A DNA stretch of 63,314 bases, counting the filler, from Octopus bimaculoides (lineage: Eukaryota), in assembly GCF_001194135.2 (NCBI RefSeq). It is 6 parts of 6 records of this genome, joined end to end, with 100 filler letters (N's around TTAATTAATTAA, not from the genome) between each part and the next. Parts side by side here need not be neighbours in the genome. Positions count along the whole stretch, not along the records: positions 6,079 to 16,383 come from NC_068984.1; positions 16,484 to 41,807 come from NC_069002.1; 4 more parts are not named here. One strand, written 5' to 3'. Numbering within the stretch: position 1 is the stretch's first letter; every line of letters begins with the position of its first letter. Position numbers and translations under genes: made by a program. The notes beneath the pieces were generated by a model. That model had not been told where the DNA came from, made no database searches, and was given only the letters and a program-made list of their open reading frames with translations. Shown in pieces: positions 12,935 through 26,239 of this stretch.

Positions 12935-15900
12935 NNNNNNNNNNCACACACACACAAACACGCACGCACGCACACACCCACCCCCACACACACACACAGA
13001 GATATATATGCAAATGTCAGTATTTTATATAAAAGTCTATTTCAACAATAAAATATATTATTTTCATTGCTTGAATTGATTTTTGTCATTTATTAGAAGT
13101 TTATTTTTTTATGTATTATTCTTTATTCATATGGATGCCAAAAAATACATACGTTCGAAACATTAATAAAACAATGGAATGTATTCTTTCATCCAGTTTT
13201 TAATATATACTCTTTTATAAATCGTGTTTACAAATGAAATAAAAGTACTCACTACAGAGAGTTTTTGCATCTTATTAAAGGTTGACGATTTCGTGAATCA
13301 TAACTCTGAGTTTCACATTGCCGATTACTAAAACGCTTGAAAATGAGACAACTGGACAGTATCTAAGTAAATATATTTGTATGCAATCAAATTACATTCT
13401 GTCATTGAGATTTGTTTGGCTATAAGAAGAAAAGTCAAATAATGTGTAAGACATTCAGCTATATAATTGTTCTACGCAGTATACATGATGTACTAAATAA
13501 TTCCTATACAAAAAAATGGAATGATTTATTTCCTTTTTTTCCGGTAATAAATTCGTGAATCACAAAACAATGAATGTGGCTATGAGATAATTTTTTTTTT
13601 TTTTTGAATAAATATAATTACTTTAAGACCAAAATCAATCTTTACGAACGCAGATGAGAAACAGAAAACTCATAGATACTAAATTTGAAAGTAACGAGGC
13701 TATGAGAGAAACTAAAGCAGACACTGCTACTAATAGAACATTCAACAAATACACTCAACTTAAAAACCTGTTTTTTCAATTATCTATTTAGTTAAGCACC
13801 AAACACAGTTTACGTTTGAATAATATGAAGACCAACTAAGGGTAGTAAGCTACGAAATTCTTACATTCTCTCGATACAATTTCAGCGTTGATGAAAGTTG
13901 ATTTTGTTTTTTTGTTTTTAATATGTAATCATTTTTCAGAGTATTGCAAAGCCATAATATAGGAAATATACTATTAATCAACTAGAATTCGGAAACTCAT
14001 GTTGGAAACTCTTCATATATACTTAACAACAAACATAAAGAATTGCCTGAATTCTTCATTAATCTCAGAAAAAAATCACAGTTTCAGTTACAGACTTTTA
14101 CAATTACCTGTTTTCTTTGTGTTATAGTTTTAGATACAATTATTATATTCAATTTCATGTTAATATACCAGTATATTTTGCACGTTACACTTTTAATATC
14201 CGTTCTTACTTTTTTATTTTACAGTTTAATATTCCTTTTTTCTTAATTCGAATTTCTTATTATTTAAAATTTATTTTTTTCTTTCCGTTCTTTTATGCAA
14301 TAATACATTTTTAATGTTGTTTCTTTCCTTTTTTTCATTTGGAAATGTATTTTGCAAATTTTTCTTTCCTTTGGTTTTCCATATTTTCTGTGTAAGGATC
14401 TTAATTTGTTTTACATTGGTTAACTTCATAATGTTTTTATTTTCATTTCTTTCCCTTTTCTATTGGATGCCAAAGTCATAATTATTTCCACTGTGAGTTC
14501 TCACGCGGACAATGCAAGAGACTCGGCATCAAACAGAATATATTGTCGGACGCCACACAGATTTATAATGACAGTTATATTTTGAAATGAAAGAAAAATT
14601 TCAAACTAATTATCATCCAACAGTTACATTTGCTTCTTTACATTCTGAGTTCAAATTCTGGTGGGATGGGTTTTACATTTCATCTCAATATAAAATACCA
14701 GAAATTGATTTGATTGACCATATTCCTTTAATATGAAATATTAATAGTATTCAAGTTTGGTTATTTTTTTATTCAAAGTTCTATTTGAAATAATTCGATA
14801 AATGAAAAATGTCGATCTCGAAAACACAACATACACTATACATCTAGGAAACCTATTTGCAGTCACTCGACTTGCTAGAAATCTCAACTGAATATTCTTC
14901 AGAATCACATCCTACATTTCTTACAAATGAAAAGATATATTTGGTAATGTAGTTCTTCATATATTGTGCTTGCAGACAATAAGTCATAGGTTTGGCCAAT
15001 AAGGAACTAAAGAAGAACAATGTCCACGATTCATAAGATTTACATACCTCCATGATTTAGATTCTAGCCATTATACTGAATTTTGATGATTCCGACAAAG
15101 CATCTGTTCCATTTGCTTTCATTTATCACTATTTTATTGATATTTATTTTTGTATTTTTGGACTAAGAAGTTAATATAATGTTTCAGGTATGGGCATGTA
15201 GAACTGAAAATCATTTCACAACAATGTCACCCTAGTAACTATACAGCAAGTATCTTGTGCCATAGTCTAGAGTCAACCAAAGATTTGTGACAGAAATTTG
15301 GTTGACGGAAGCCGTACGGACACCGTTGGATGTATGTGCACGCGTGCGTACGAGTCAAACGAAAAAATGTGGTATTTCGGTTCGTTTTGGTTGCCTCTCT
15401 TTTCGTCCATCACACTTTAACGTTTGGCCCTTTCGTCGGTCCACAAAATATGCACCAGAAAAATTACTGGGACAACTAAAGTCGGTTAAAATCTTTTAAG
15501 CGGTATCCCACCCGGGTTACATTCAAATGGCTCGATATTTCTCCATTTCCATCTACTCTTGGTTATAGGTAGGCATGCATCTAAGTGTGGATTAAGAAAT
15601 ACGGTTTTAACAATGGACAATATGAAAAGTGTGTTATTGCATCAGATTCTGTTATTTAGTATTATAGCTATTATGGTCCATAAAACTGATGTCACAAGTG
15701 CTGTTAAGTGCAAGTGTCCTTGAAGCTCATATATGTTGTATCCGAAATTATCTGTCATCGTTTGATACATGTATCTGGTGTCTTAGCAGACACCTTCTGT
15801 CGATTATCAATAATCTTATATACTACTGATCGTTAGGTTAGGCTTTCTTCTAAGATTGTATATTATAAAAAAGTACAAAAGACATCTATCTAAGTGTAAT

Positions 15901-16652
15901 ACGAGTTCTCCTTTATTTAAGGTATCATGATTCTATTTAAGGTAATACAATTTCTGTACGTTACATAATATGCATACAAACCACACATCATCCCACACGC
16001 ACACCATCCCCCACACATACACAAAACGCAGACATACACGCACACAAAACGCATGGACATGACAATTGGTGTCTTTCGACTAAGGACGAATTAAATTAAG
16101 CTGGCGTGTGTGGAAATAAAGCCTTACGGCAGGGATACACGATTTCACAGGCAAAGGGAGGAATATAAATGTTGCACGGACGACAGCCGAACCGAGAAAG
16201 AAAGATCAGGCTTGGCCAAACACCGGTCACGTGAGGAGAGAAGAGAGAGAGAGAGAGAGGTAGAGGCAGAGGGACGGAAGAATTAAGGACGAGCGAAAAA
16301 AATTGACATATATATAATGGAATAAGTAATATGAAGCGTTGTGTAGAATATAGTGTATAAAGGATCGTGGGTAAGGCCAGAACNNNNNNNNNNNNNNNNN
16401 NNNNNNNNNNNNNNNNNNNNNNNNNNNTTAATTAATTAANNNNNNNNNNNNNNNNNNNNNNNNNNNNNNNNNNNNNNNNNNNNTATATATATATATATTA
16501 TATATATATATATATAAATGACTATATAAATTCAGATAAACAGAAGTGGGAGGAGTGAATGTATTCACATAGAAAATTGTGTATGTAAATAAGTGTATTT
16601 GTCAACTTATGTAAACAAACATAGAGAAGCATAAATATTTATATATATTTAC

Positions 16653-16870
16653 CTGGTATCGAAATGAGCCCATTTGTCTCTCAAAAGACCAGAATCCAAT
16701 GTTACTGACAGGAATCGGTCATTAAGTGTATGAAGGGCATAATCGAGGTCCAATTTAAGGGTAAACGTGTGATAGGGTTTGTAAGACACATGTTGCTCCT
16801 GGGAGTGGATCGCAGACGTGAAAAATGCTAAAACAACACCAAAACGAAGGATGTCCGGCATAAAAGACAT
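16653..16870 (-). CDS. HPSE: First coding exon of a heparanase-like (GH79) gene
   Basis: Signal-peptide-like N-terminus, then LHTLNDRFLSVTLDSGLLRDKWAHFDT, matching heparanase LHLVSPSFLSVTIDANL. Phase-2 donor AG|GTAAAT at 16652; upstream acceptor tacAG at 16916-16917. No downstream exons found in the window. Confidence 0.8.
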
Positions 16871-17059
16871 CTCATTCCAAGACCAGTTCTATCCAAGATA
16901 GAACTGTGTTGTGACCTGTAGTATATTATTCTACGTAGTGTGAATAATAAAAGACACCAGCCGTGTCTTGTCGTCCAGTGTCAACTTGGATCTATCTTTA
17001 GATGTTTGTTTCTTTTGGAAAACGTCCCAAAACAATCTGAAATAAGAACGGAAGTAGTC

Positions 17060-18340
17060 ACATTTCTCTCTCTCACTCATCTCACATTCGCTGACACAGT
17101 TCACTCCCACTCTCACTCTATCTGTTATCCTGTCTAGCCTCTCTCCTACTCTCACTCTTTCTATTGTCTCCCCATCTAACCACCCTCTCCCATTCTCTCT
17201 GCCTGCCAGTCGAATCTCCCTCTCCTACTCTCACTCTATCTGTTTTCCTGTCTAGTCTTTCTCCTACTCTCACTCTTTCTATTGTCTCCCCATCTAACCT
17301 CCCTCTCCCATTCTCTCTGCCTGCCTGTCAAATCTTCCTCTCCCACTCTCACTCAGTCTCTTTGGTCTGCCTATCTAACCCCTCTCTTTCTACCTGTCTG
17401 CCTATCTAATCTCTCTTACGCTCTGTTTAATCTTTCTCTCACTCTCTCTTTCTACCTGTCTGCCTATCTAATCTCTCTTACGCTCTGTTTAATCTTTCTC
17501 TCTCTTGCTACCTGTCTGCCTATCTAATCTCTCTCCTCTGTGTATCAGTCCTATAACTCTCTTTCCCTGTTAACTCTTTCTCTCTCGCTAGCCCTCTATC
17601 TCTTTCTTTTTATCTGTCTGCCTGTCTAATTTTTCTCCACCTCTTTCTCATTCTCATCTTCGCTCTTTCTATCTCTCCTTTTTCTCTGCTGCAACCCTTC
17701 TTTTCTCTTTCAATCTAATCAGCTCTGTTGCTGTCTGTCTCTCTCTTTATCCGTTTGCCTGTCTAATTTTCTCTCTTTCCATTCCTCTGACGCTCTCCCT
17801 ACTTCTCTCACCCTTTCTTTGTAAATATCTCTATCTGTCTAATCTCTCTCCCCACTCTCTGTGTAATTCTCCCTTTTTCTATCTCTTTTTTATTCCGTTG
17901 CTATCCTGACTTACTTCTTTCTTTCCATCTCTCTTTCTTTCTAACCACCTTCATTTGCTTGTGGAATCTCTCCCTCTCTTTATCCTTTTGTTTTCTTTCC
18001 CTGTCTATATCTTCTACTTCATTGTCTTTGTCTATTTAATAAAATCCGTCATTTCTATTAATCTCTTGTCCGTTGATCTAACCAGAGTTCAGTATCTGCT
18101 TATCCAATCTCCCTCTCCATTGATCTAACCAATCCTCTATGTCCTGTCCCACTTATGGTTTCTCTCTGCCTTCTCTTTCTAGCTCTGTTTATTCATGTGT
18201 CCTTTATTCTCTTTTGTTCTTTTTCTATCTCTCAATTAATCTTTCATCACTCCCGTTCACTGTCTTCATTTTATCTCTGTCAACTCCCTCACTCTGGGAA
18301 TCTCTATCCCTTCCAAGCCTTTCTCTTTAGTTCCCAGTTT
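17060..18340. repeat. CT-rich low-complexity tract with an internal ~118-bp tandem duplication
   Basis: tctagc/tctagt...actctcactctttctattgtctccccatctaacc repeated at ~17132 and ~17250. Confidence 0.8.
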
Positions 18341-18526
18341 ATCATATATACTGCCTCAGTTACATATTTTATGATGACTGTCCACTCGTGACCGAGAAAA
18401 AAACATCATTAACCACTAAGAACACTGTGTAAACGGAGACAAAATTAGATTTCACACATGTGGCTCCGCTGTTGACTAATTGTCCCAGTTCTTGATAAAC
18501 AACATACATTCGCAGATGAAACTCAC

Positions 18527-18700
18527 CCCATTCTCTACACTGGCGGTGCGTTTCTGAGGAACTCTTAAGTTCAGCAAGCAAAATGCATGTTTCTTCAAAA
18601 ATACTAACTTCACTTTACTCTCTTCCACGGTTGGGGGCGATGACAAGCATTGCTTTCCAAATTAACTCTTTTTCTAGCCTTAGCTGTCATCTCACGTTAA
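18527..18700 (-). other. Candidate non-coding 5' exon of the heparanase-like gene
   Basis: Good donor GG|GTGAGT at 18521-18526 upstream of the 16917 acceptor; the 5' boundary is a guess. Confidence 0.3.
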
Positions 18701-18770
18701 AACAAAATAAGTTAAAGGTGGGAAAACATCGTTCACAATTTTTATTAGACCGTCCAGATTTGGAAAGATT

Positions 18771-18855
18771 GGCGAAAGTAAAGAATTCGTAAACCCCGTG
18801 TTTAGGGTTTTCGTTACGCCGAAAACGGGTGGTGTACGTATTCTTTACCTTCGCC
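18771..18855. mobile_element. 85-bp mini-MITE with 21-bp TIRs (related partial copy near 22910-22960)
   Basis: ggcgaaagtaaagaattcgta ... tacgtattctttaccttcgcc, 19/21 complementary. Confidence 0.65.
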
Positions 18856-19794
18856 GAAAGATTGATACTGTTAATATTAAGTTTGAACAGAACACCTATA
18901 TATCGACGACAGCAAGAAAAATATGACTGGAGAAGGAATTCCTGAGGGTTGGTAACAAAAAATTAGGTGGTAAACATTAACAAAACACAGTACTCCAGGA
19001 ACCTTTAAAAAAAAACCCCAAAATGGCCAAAATGAATGTGAAGACATACTTGGTCTCCATACTAAACAAAATCTTCTCTGAGGAGTGATCAACAAACTGT
19101 GAAATGGTGCATCAGGAAACTCATATCTCTTCTTTTTTTATACATACCAAAGACATAGAAAGAATTTGCTTACATTCTTCATACTTAAAGCACAGCTGAA
19201 CTTTGTAATATTTAAATGTATTTCAATTCTTCTGATTCAACATTTAATATACTTTGTAGTATATTATGGTTGCATGACAAAGAATATTAATACAAAACAA
19301 TAAAACTTTCAAACAATATAAAATTTGTGTTTGATCATATATTTGAGTATATATATTCTTTCTCACACAAACACACACACATGTATATGGTTCAAAATGA
19401 TGCCAAACACGAGAGAGAAAGGTGAAGGAACAAACACGGTGTAATTGTTTGATACTCAGGAAAATAGGTGACTTGTGTGTCAAGATCAATAATAAACACA
19501 ATGATCAAAGTTGCAATATATATTGATAACAGAGGGTAAAGGTAAAAGAAAGAAAATAAAATAAAATAACTTGGAAAAAAAGATCTACAGTTTAATATAT
19601 ATTTATTTGTGTTGTATGTGTGAATAAATATACATTTATATATGTACACATACACACTCGTATATATATGTATATATATATGTTTGTGTGTATCAAACAC
19701 GTGTATATATATAGAGAGAGATAGATAGATACATCGATACATAGACAGATAGATACATAGATAATATATTAAGTATCCATCATTTTCTCAAATA

Positions 19795-20307
19795 TTAATA
19801 ATAATCCTGTCCCCACTGGGTACTGGATTCCGGGATTTTCAATCCTAGTTTCTTGTGTATATTTAGTGCAAGGAAGTGGGAACGAGAGTTCAAATTTTTG
19901 GTTTTCTCGATTACTTGCTGGTAAGGAGAAACAGCTTTTGTTCCCATGACAACGTGACCTAGTTTAGAGTCTATTTTAGCATCGAGTCGGGCGTGTCGGA
20001 TCAAATTGACAATCCACTGCTCTGCGGCATCGGGTGTCATGTTCAGCTTCTGCGACAGCATGTTGATGCTGATGCACTCGTGGATTCGACAGAAAATCTC
20101 AAAGATGAGGAGACGCGCGTTCTCGATGAACTCGTTGACGAGGTTGCTCAAGAAGAAGTCGTAGCAAAGAACAGATTCACATTCAAGAAGTTTATGCTGG
20201 GCTCCATCGAAATCAAAATTGACATAGAGGCATTCAATAAATTCAGTGATGGGGTCTCTGTAGGAGTAACTCTCTTGTTGGATCACTTTGACCAAATCCT
20301 TGAGAAC
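19795..20307 (-). CDS. EIF3E: eIF3 subunit E (INT6) paralogue A, exon 2 of 2 (170 aa, PCI domain C-terminal half)
   Basis: Acceptor tttatttacAG at 20308-20309; [23 protein letters not shown]...[15 protein letters not shown] matches eIF3e; TAA at 19795-19797. Confidence 0.95.
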   Translation of the reverse strand, partial: VLKDLVKVIQQESYSYRDPITEFIECLYVNFDFDGAQHKLLECESVLCYDFFLSNLVNEFIENARLLIFEIFCRIHECISINMLSQKLNMTPDAAEQWIVNLIRHARLDAKIDSKLGHVVMGTKAVSPYQQVIEKTKNLNSRSHFLALNIHKKLGLKIPESSTQWGQDYY

Positions 20308-20906
20308 CTGTAAATAAAAAATAGAGNNNNNNNNNNNNNNNNNNNNNNNNNNNNNNNNNNNNNNNNNNNNNNNNNNNNNNNNNNNNNNNNNNNNNNNNNN
20401 NNNNNNNNNNNNNNNNNNNNNNNNNNNNNNNNNNNNNNNNNNNNNNNNNNNNNNNNNNNNNNNNNNNNNNNNNNNNNNNNNNNNNNNNNNNNNNNNNNNN
20501 NNNNNNNNNNNNNNNNNNNNNNNNNNNNNNNNNNNNNNNNNNNNNNNNNNNNNNNNNNNNNNNNNNNNNNNNNNNNNNNNNNNNNNNNNNNNNNNNNNNN
20601 NNNNNNNNNNNNNNNNNNNNNNNNNNNNNNNNNNNNNNNNNNNNNNNNNNNNNNNNNNNNNNNNNNNNNNNNNNNNNNNNNNNNNNNNNNNNNNNNNNNN
20701 NNNNNNNNNNNNNNNNNNNNNNNNNNNNNNNNNNNNNNNNNNNNNNNNNNNNNNNNNNNNNNNNNNNNNNNNNNNNNNNNNNNNNNNNNNNNNNNNNNNN
20801 NNNNNNNNNNNNNNNNNNNNNNNNNNNNNNNNNNNNNNNNNNNNNNNNNNNNNNNNNNNNNNNNNNNNNNNNNNNNNNNNNNNNNNNNNNNNNNNNNNNN
20901 NNNNNN

Positions 20907-21062
20907 TGCTGGTGTGTTTACGTCCCCGTAACTTAGCGGTTCGGCAAAAGAGACCGATAGAATAAGTACTAGGCTTCCAAAGAATAAGTCCTGGGGTCGA
21001 GTTGCTCGACTAAAGGCGGTGCTCCAGCATGGCCACAGTCAGACTGAAACAAGTAAAAGAGT
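20907..21062 (+). mobile_element. SINE family A, 3' half (5' lost in gap)
   Basis: tgctggtgtgtttacgtccccgtaacttagcggttcggcaaaagagaccgatagaataag...actgaaacaagtaaaaga. Confidence 0.9.
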
Positions 21063-21779
21063 AATAAAGGTGTCTGTGGAGTGCTCAGCCACTTGTACGT
21101 TAATTTCACGAGCAGGCTGTTCCGTTGATCGGATCAACTGGAACCCTCGACGTCCGTAAGCGACGGAGTACCAACAACAACAACAACAACAACATTTGTA
21201 TCTGCAGTCACAAATATCTTAAACTAGATATCCACACTTCTCCTTTAAAACAAAATCTCAATTTTTTCAGAAAGTAATGAGGAAACAAAGTCAAGGAACG
21301 GGGGCGGGGCGACACACGCATCTGTCATTATATCGAATCAGTTTCACTTTCAGCAGAAAGAAGAAAAAAGTGTTAGAAGGGACATAACTCGTGTAGTTAC
21401 TGCTTTCCAAACCTTGTCAGGAGGCGGTGATCCATCAAGCGGAGCACTTGCTTTCTGCCTCTGTTGGTGATATTGATCGGAGCTGCTACAGTTGCAGTGA
21501 CAGATTTACTGCCATGTGCACCTGACAGTGCGGAGATAGCTAAAAGTCAGGTCAGTCACAATCTGTAGTGCACGACAGACAAATTGACTACACAAGCTGC
21601 TCCACATCCGCCCCTCCCGCAAACTACATCACAACCAGAACGAATCGAAACATATGCTGTTTAAACCCAGGTCGATCCCCGTGGAAGAGGCTTTCCTCAA
21701 CTTTATACATCGTGTAATTATTGTTGGGTTGTCAGATAAATTCGTTCGTTTTTCTTCTAAATCCTTTCCAATGTTATAC

Positions 21780-22140
21780 TCTTTTTTACTTGTTTCAGTC
21801 ATTTGACTGCGACCACGCTGGAGCACCACCTTTAGTCGAGCAAATCGACCCCAGGACTTATTCTTTGGATGCCTAGTACTTATTCTATCGGTCTCTTTTT
21901 TGCCGAACCGCTAAGTTACGGGGACGTAAATACGCCAGCATCGGTTGTCAAGCGATGTTGGGGGAACAAACACAGACATACATATATATATACATATATA
22001 CGACAGGCTTCTTTTAGTTTCCGTCTACCAAATCCACTCACAAGGCTTTGGTCGGCCCAAGGCTATAGTAGAAGACACTTGCCCAAGGTGCCACGCAGTG
22101 GGACTGAACCCAGAACCATGTGGTTGGCAAGCAAGCTACT
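21780..22140 (-). mobile_element. SINE family A, near full length
   Basis: Reverse complement of the family-A consensus seen at 57396-57812. Confidence 0.9.
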
Positions 22141-23244
22141 NNNNNNNNNNNNNNNNNNNNNNNNNNNNNNNNNNNNNNNNNNNNNNNNNNNNNNNNNNNN
22201 NNNNNNNNNNNNNNNNNNNNNNNNNNNNNNNNNNNNNNNNNNNNNNNNNNNNNNNNNNNNNNNNNNNNNNNNNNNNNNNNNNNNNNNNNNNNNNNNNNNN
22301 NNNNNNNNNNNTAACACGAAAAATATTTTCATATTAGTATTTTTTTTGTTTTGTTGTATGCTTCCTCTACAACATTTTTTATAGTTTTTTTTTTCAAAAT
22401 ATAATAAATTTTAAACATCTTATGACGATAAAGAGCCAATCTTTTACTTGTTTCAAGGGTTTGGTCGAACAAAGCGACCTTAGTACTTATTTTAAAGCCT
22501 GATACGTATTCTATCGGCCCCTTTTTGTTGAAACGCTATGTTACTGGGACGCAACCAAACCCACATTGGTTATCGAGCGGTTAACGGGACAAAGAAAGAT
22601 ACACACACACACGACGGGCTTCTTTCAGTTTCCGTCTACCAAATTCACGCACAAGGCTTTGGTCATCTCGGGGTTATAGTGTACGACACATGCCCAAGGT
22701 GCAACACAGCGGGACTGAACCCAAATAGACAAACAATGCAGACTTAAATATCAAAAGGATTTAACTGCAGGGTAAATTTGGCTGCTCTTTTTAGCATGTC
22801 AAATGACCATATAGAAGAGGTTCCTTCGTAGAATCTCAGTTGGAATTGGAAAAATGGCCGTAAAGAATCGAAATCAGCTGATTTTTGCTATGAGCTATCT
22901 GAGTGCGGCGGAGGTAAAGAATACGCACACAACAGTTTTCGGCGTAACAAAAACCCGAACCCTTCTTTGAAGTACTCCCAGAGTATTTCAAATTTGTTTC
23001 TCTCAGTAAAGTAGCAGTTTAGACCCAGGTCAGCCCTGATTGAGGGGTGGAGGGAGTGTGTGTGTGTGTGTGTGTGAGCTATAATCAGAGGCATTCCAGC
23101 CGTGGCTATCCCATCTTTTAATTTTTAAAAAATGTCAATGTTTTCTTTCCTTAGTTTAGGGAATTTGTTTGCTATTTCTAGCAGCTCCAGCGATCTCGTG
23201 ATGACTCTCTAAGTCTAAGTAACATCGTCGACTTTATCTTGTAT

Positions 23245-23668
23245 CCGAGAATTTAGTTTCTTTGCTGAACGCTTCCTTTAGGAAGAGTCGATGGCATTGA
23301 GTGCACGGTAATATTGGAGAACGAGGTTGATTTTATCGAGCTTTTCTTTCCTGTCGTCTGCTACTTCCTTTTCTCTTCTGGTAGCTTCGAAAATGGTTTC
23401 GATGGTGACGGAACGTCACTTGGTACGGTCTCGGGCATATGTTTCAAACGATTCAGGTTAAAGTTCAGTAACTTTGAGTGTTGTTTTGAGTTGATACTTG
23501 TATCTTCGAAAAGGGCAAACCCATGGTCTTTCTCTTGAAGTGAGCCCGCTGACGTAGGAACCTCGACTCTTCTATTCTTGCTACATGTCTTAATCATCGA
23601 AGACGATGTTTCATGATCAGCGATTCGATGCTTTGACTGTTGGCGCTTTCCAGGACTTTTTTGGCAAG
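23245..23668 (-). mobile_element. RTE-type LINE 3' coding fragment in the eIF3e-A intron
   Basis: KVLESANSQSIESLIMKHRLR*LRHVARIEESR..., ARDRTK*R and a terminal CTQCHRLF knuckle, typical of the RTE C-terminus. Confidence 0.75.
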
Positions 23669-24685
23669 TCGATTACATCGATCCCACTAGTTAACTGGTA
23701 TCTTTATTTTATCGACTCCGAGAAGATGAAAAGTTGACCTCCGTGGGATTTGAGCTCAGAACGTAAAGACCTAGAAGAAATGCCTCTACGCATTTTGTCC
23801 GACGCGCTAATGGTTTCCCTGGCTTACTACCTTTATTAACGAGAAAATAAAATCAAGTCTGCTTCCAAAAGGTAATATTCTTTGCCAGTGTGTCGAACAA
23901 CTTTAATAAGGGAACTTATCTGGTCCCTTTTCTTAATTTTTCATCAACCTATAAAAAAAAACTATTGGTTAAGATCCGTACTAGTCCTGACCAAAGAAAT
24001 CTACGATTGAAGACTTTCCAGCACTGGTGATCCGATTTTTTCTCTAGACATTGTATCTTAACACATGAACCAAAATGTCCTTCCTTTATTTTTTATTTCT
24101 GAGTTCAGTGGTTTGACTTTCTAGATTATAAAACGAAAGACTTTCAAGTTACGGCCATCACATCTTTTCTCCAAACATTGTATCTTAAAACATTAACCAA
24201 ATATGTCTTTCTATCATTTCAGTTCCGAGTTCAGAGGTTTCACTTTCTGGATCATAAAACGAAAGATCGATTTTTTTTTTTTTTTTTTGCTTAAAAAATA
24301 ATACCGTGTAACTTGAGGTAGATCTTTAACTATTATTTCCAACAGGTGAAAATGACTAAATAAATAAAGACTCCATCGTTTGCAAGGTTATATGGTAACG
24401 AGCATATTTCTTGACTTCACAACTTGACTGTGTACAATAAAATATAGATCACAAGTCACCACATGTATGAGAAAATCTCTCAACAAAGGCAGCAAAATTT
24501 ATCCCCAATTTTCCCCTACCGTCTTAAAAATTATTGGATATATATACTGATAACTCGATCCAGAATATATTTATCAGGTAAAAAAAATAATTGGATTTAT
24601 ATGAAAGGTGGAAATATCCAGAGACAGCACAAATCCGTCAAAGAAAGATGTGCATTGAAGAATAGGGAATACCTACACACAGAAC

Positions 24686-25007
24686 ACCCCCTCCCCCACA
24701 CACATCGACTTTGTTTCCTCATAATTTTCAGAAAAATAGATATTTTTGAATGAAATTTTTACCAAATACGTTTCAAATGGTGTAAATTACGATTATATCG
24801 GAATTTAATGGTAAAAAGAAAATAGTTGATGGTCGCACACGTATACATACTGACAAACACATTTTTATTTTCTAAATTTCACAAGTATTTTGTGTGTGTA
24901 TGATCTCGAAAGGTAAAAGACTTTCTCACCTTCCCGAGCGTCAAACTAATACACCTGCTTGTTGTTTATACACCTGTCTTCGGGTTTTGTTTTCTGTAAA
25001 TTTCAAC

Positions 25008-25047
<40 letters not shown>

Positions 25048-25220
25048 TTTTCAGTATGTATGTGTGTTCGTCCACTAATTAAAAATATATATATATGAAT
25101 TAATTTCCGATATAATGCTAATCTACACCTTCTGAGAGGTATTTCTAGAAAATTTCATTAAAAAGTATCCCAATTTTTCTAAAAGTTATGAGGAAACAAA
25201 GTCAAGTGGGAGGGGCACAC
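24686..25220. mobile_element. MITE-like element with ~80-bp imperfect inverted arms and internal (TA)n; single arms also at ~21215-21320 and ~39845-40050
   Basis: gactttgtttcctcataa.tttt.agaaaaat at ~24704 versus its reverse complement at ~25185. Confidence 0.65.
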
Positions 25221-26239
25221 TTTTGTAGCTATGTCACAGTGGGAACATCCAGAGACAGTAGGAATCTGTGGAGAGATAGCTCTGCAAAGAAGAATGATGC
25301 CTTAAATATCGCAAAATCATAAGTGTCATAGACATCATAGGAAAAAGTTACCTCACCAAGGTATGATATCTAATTAATAAGCTGAAACTGTTATTACTCA
25401 TTAGTGTATATGTAAATGTGTGTTTAGATGTAGACTTATTTAGTTACCGCGATTTCTTTTGGTCAGATACACAAGAGATCCATTTGGGTGCCTGAAGACG
25501 AGGGGGAAAAATCGAATGGAATCTGGTATTGTGCGGCTAATATATTTTAACGATCGTGCACTTAACGACACCAATTTAAACATCACAAGACATTGAAAAA
25601 CCATCTCACCATTCCCAGTCGTTGCATAATCAATCAGTTCAACCCCTTTAATTGATAATTAAGCAAATTTACGATCAGACAATTCAACTACGTCCATGCC
25701 ATTTAATTTTTCACTCGTAGTGTCTCTAGAACTACGTTATCCATTGTATCCATCATTATTTGATATGATAGGAGGCAATTTGAACGAGATTTGGCTGCTA
25801 TTTCTAGAAAATTTCTAACGACTACAGAGGCGCCTTAAATTGCTCGTAGCATCACTTACCGTATTTTTAGTGAGATGAATACATTTCCTAGAATGTAGCA
25901 TATTCAATCTATTTCTAATGTAATTAGAATGTTTCCCCCTTCTAAGCTGTTATCCAATGTATCCCCTCTCATTTAAGATCGCAGCAGGGAGTTGAGGAAG
26001 ATGTGACTGTTATTTCTAGCAAGTCTACCGACTGCAGATGTGCTTTGAATGGCTCGTGTCACTTCCCGTATTTTTAGTGAGATGAACACATTTCCTAGAA
26101 TGTAACATATTCAATCTACTTCTACTTCAACTAAAACGTCTTTTCATGAGTAAGTCATATATAATATGATATAAATTAATTAGAGCGACCATAGCTTCGT
26201 TAAAATGAAATAAAAAAAGAATTAAGCGTGACAACTCAC

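Noticed and set aside
25790-26125. ~60-bp direct duplication near the eIF3e-A donor
   Set aside because: It is associated with a common short dispersed repeat and looks like an ordinary local intronic duplication.
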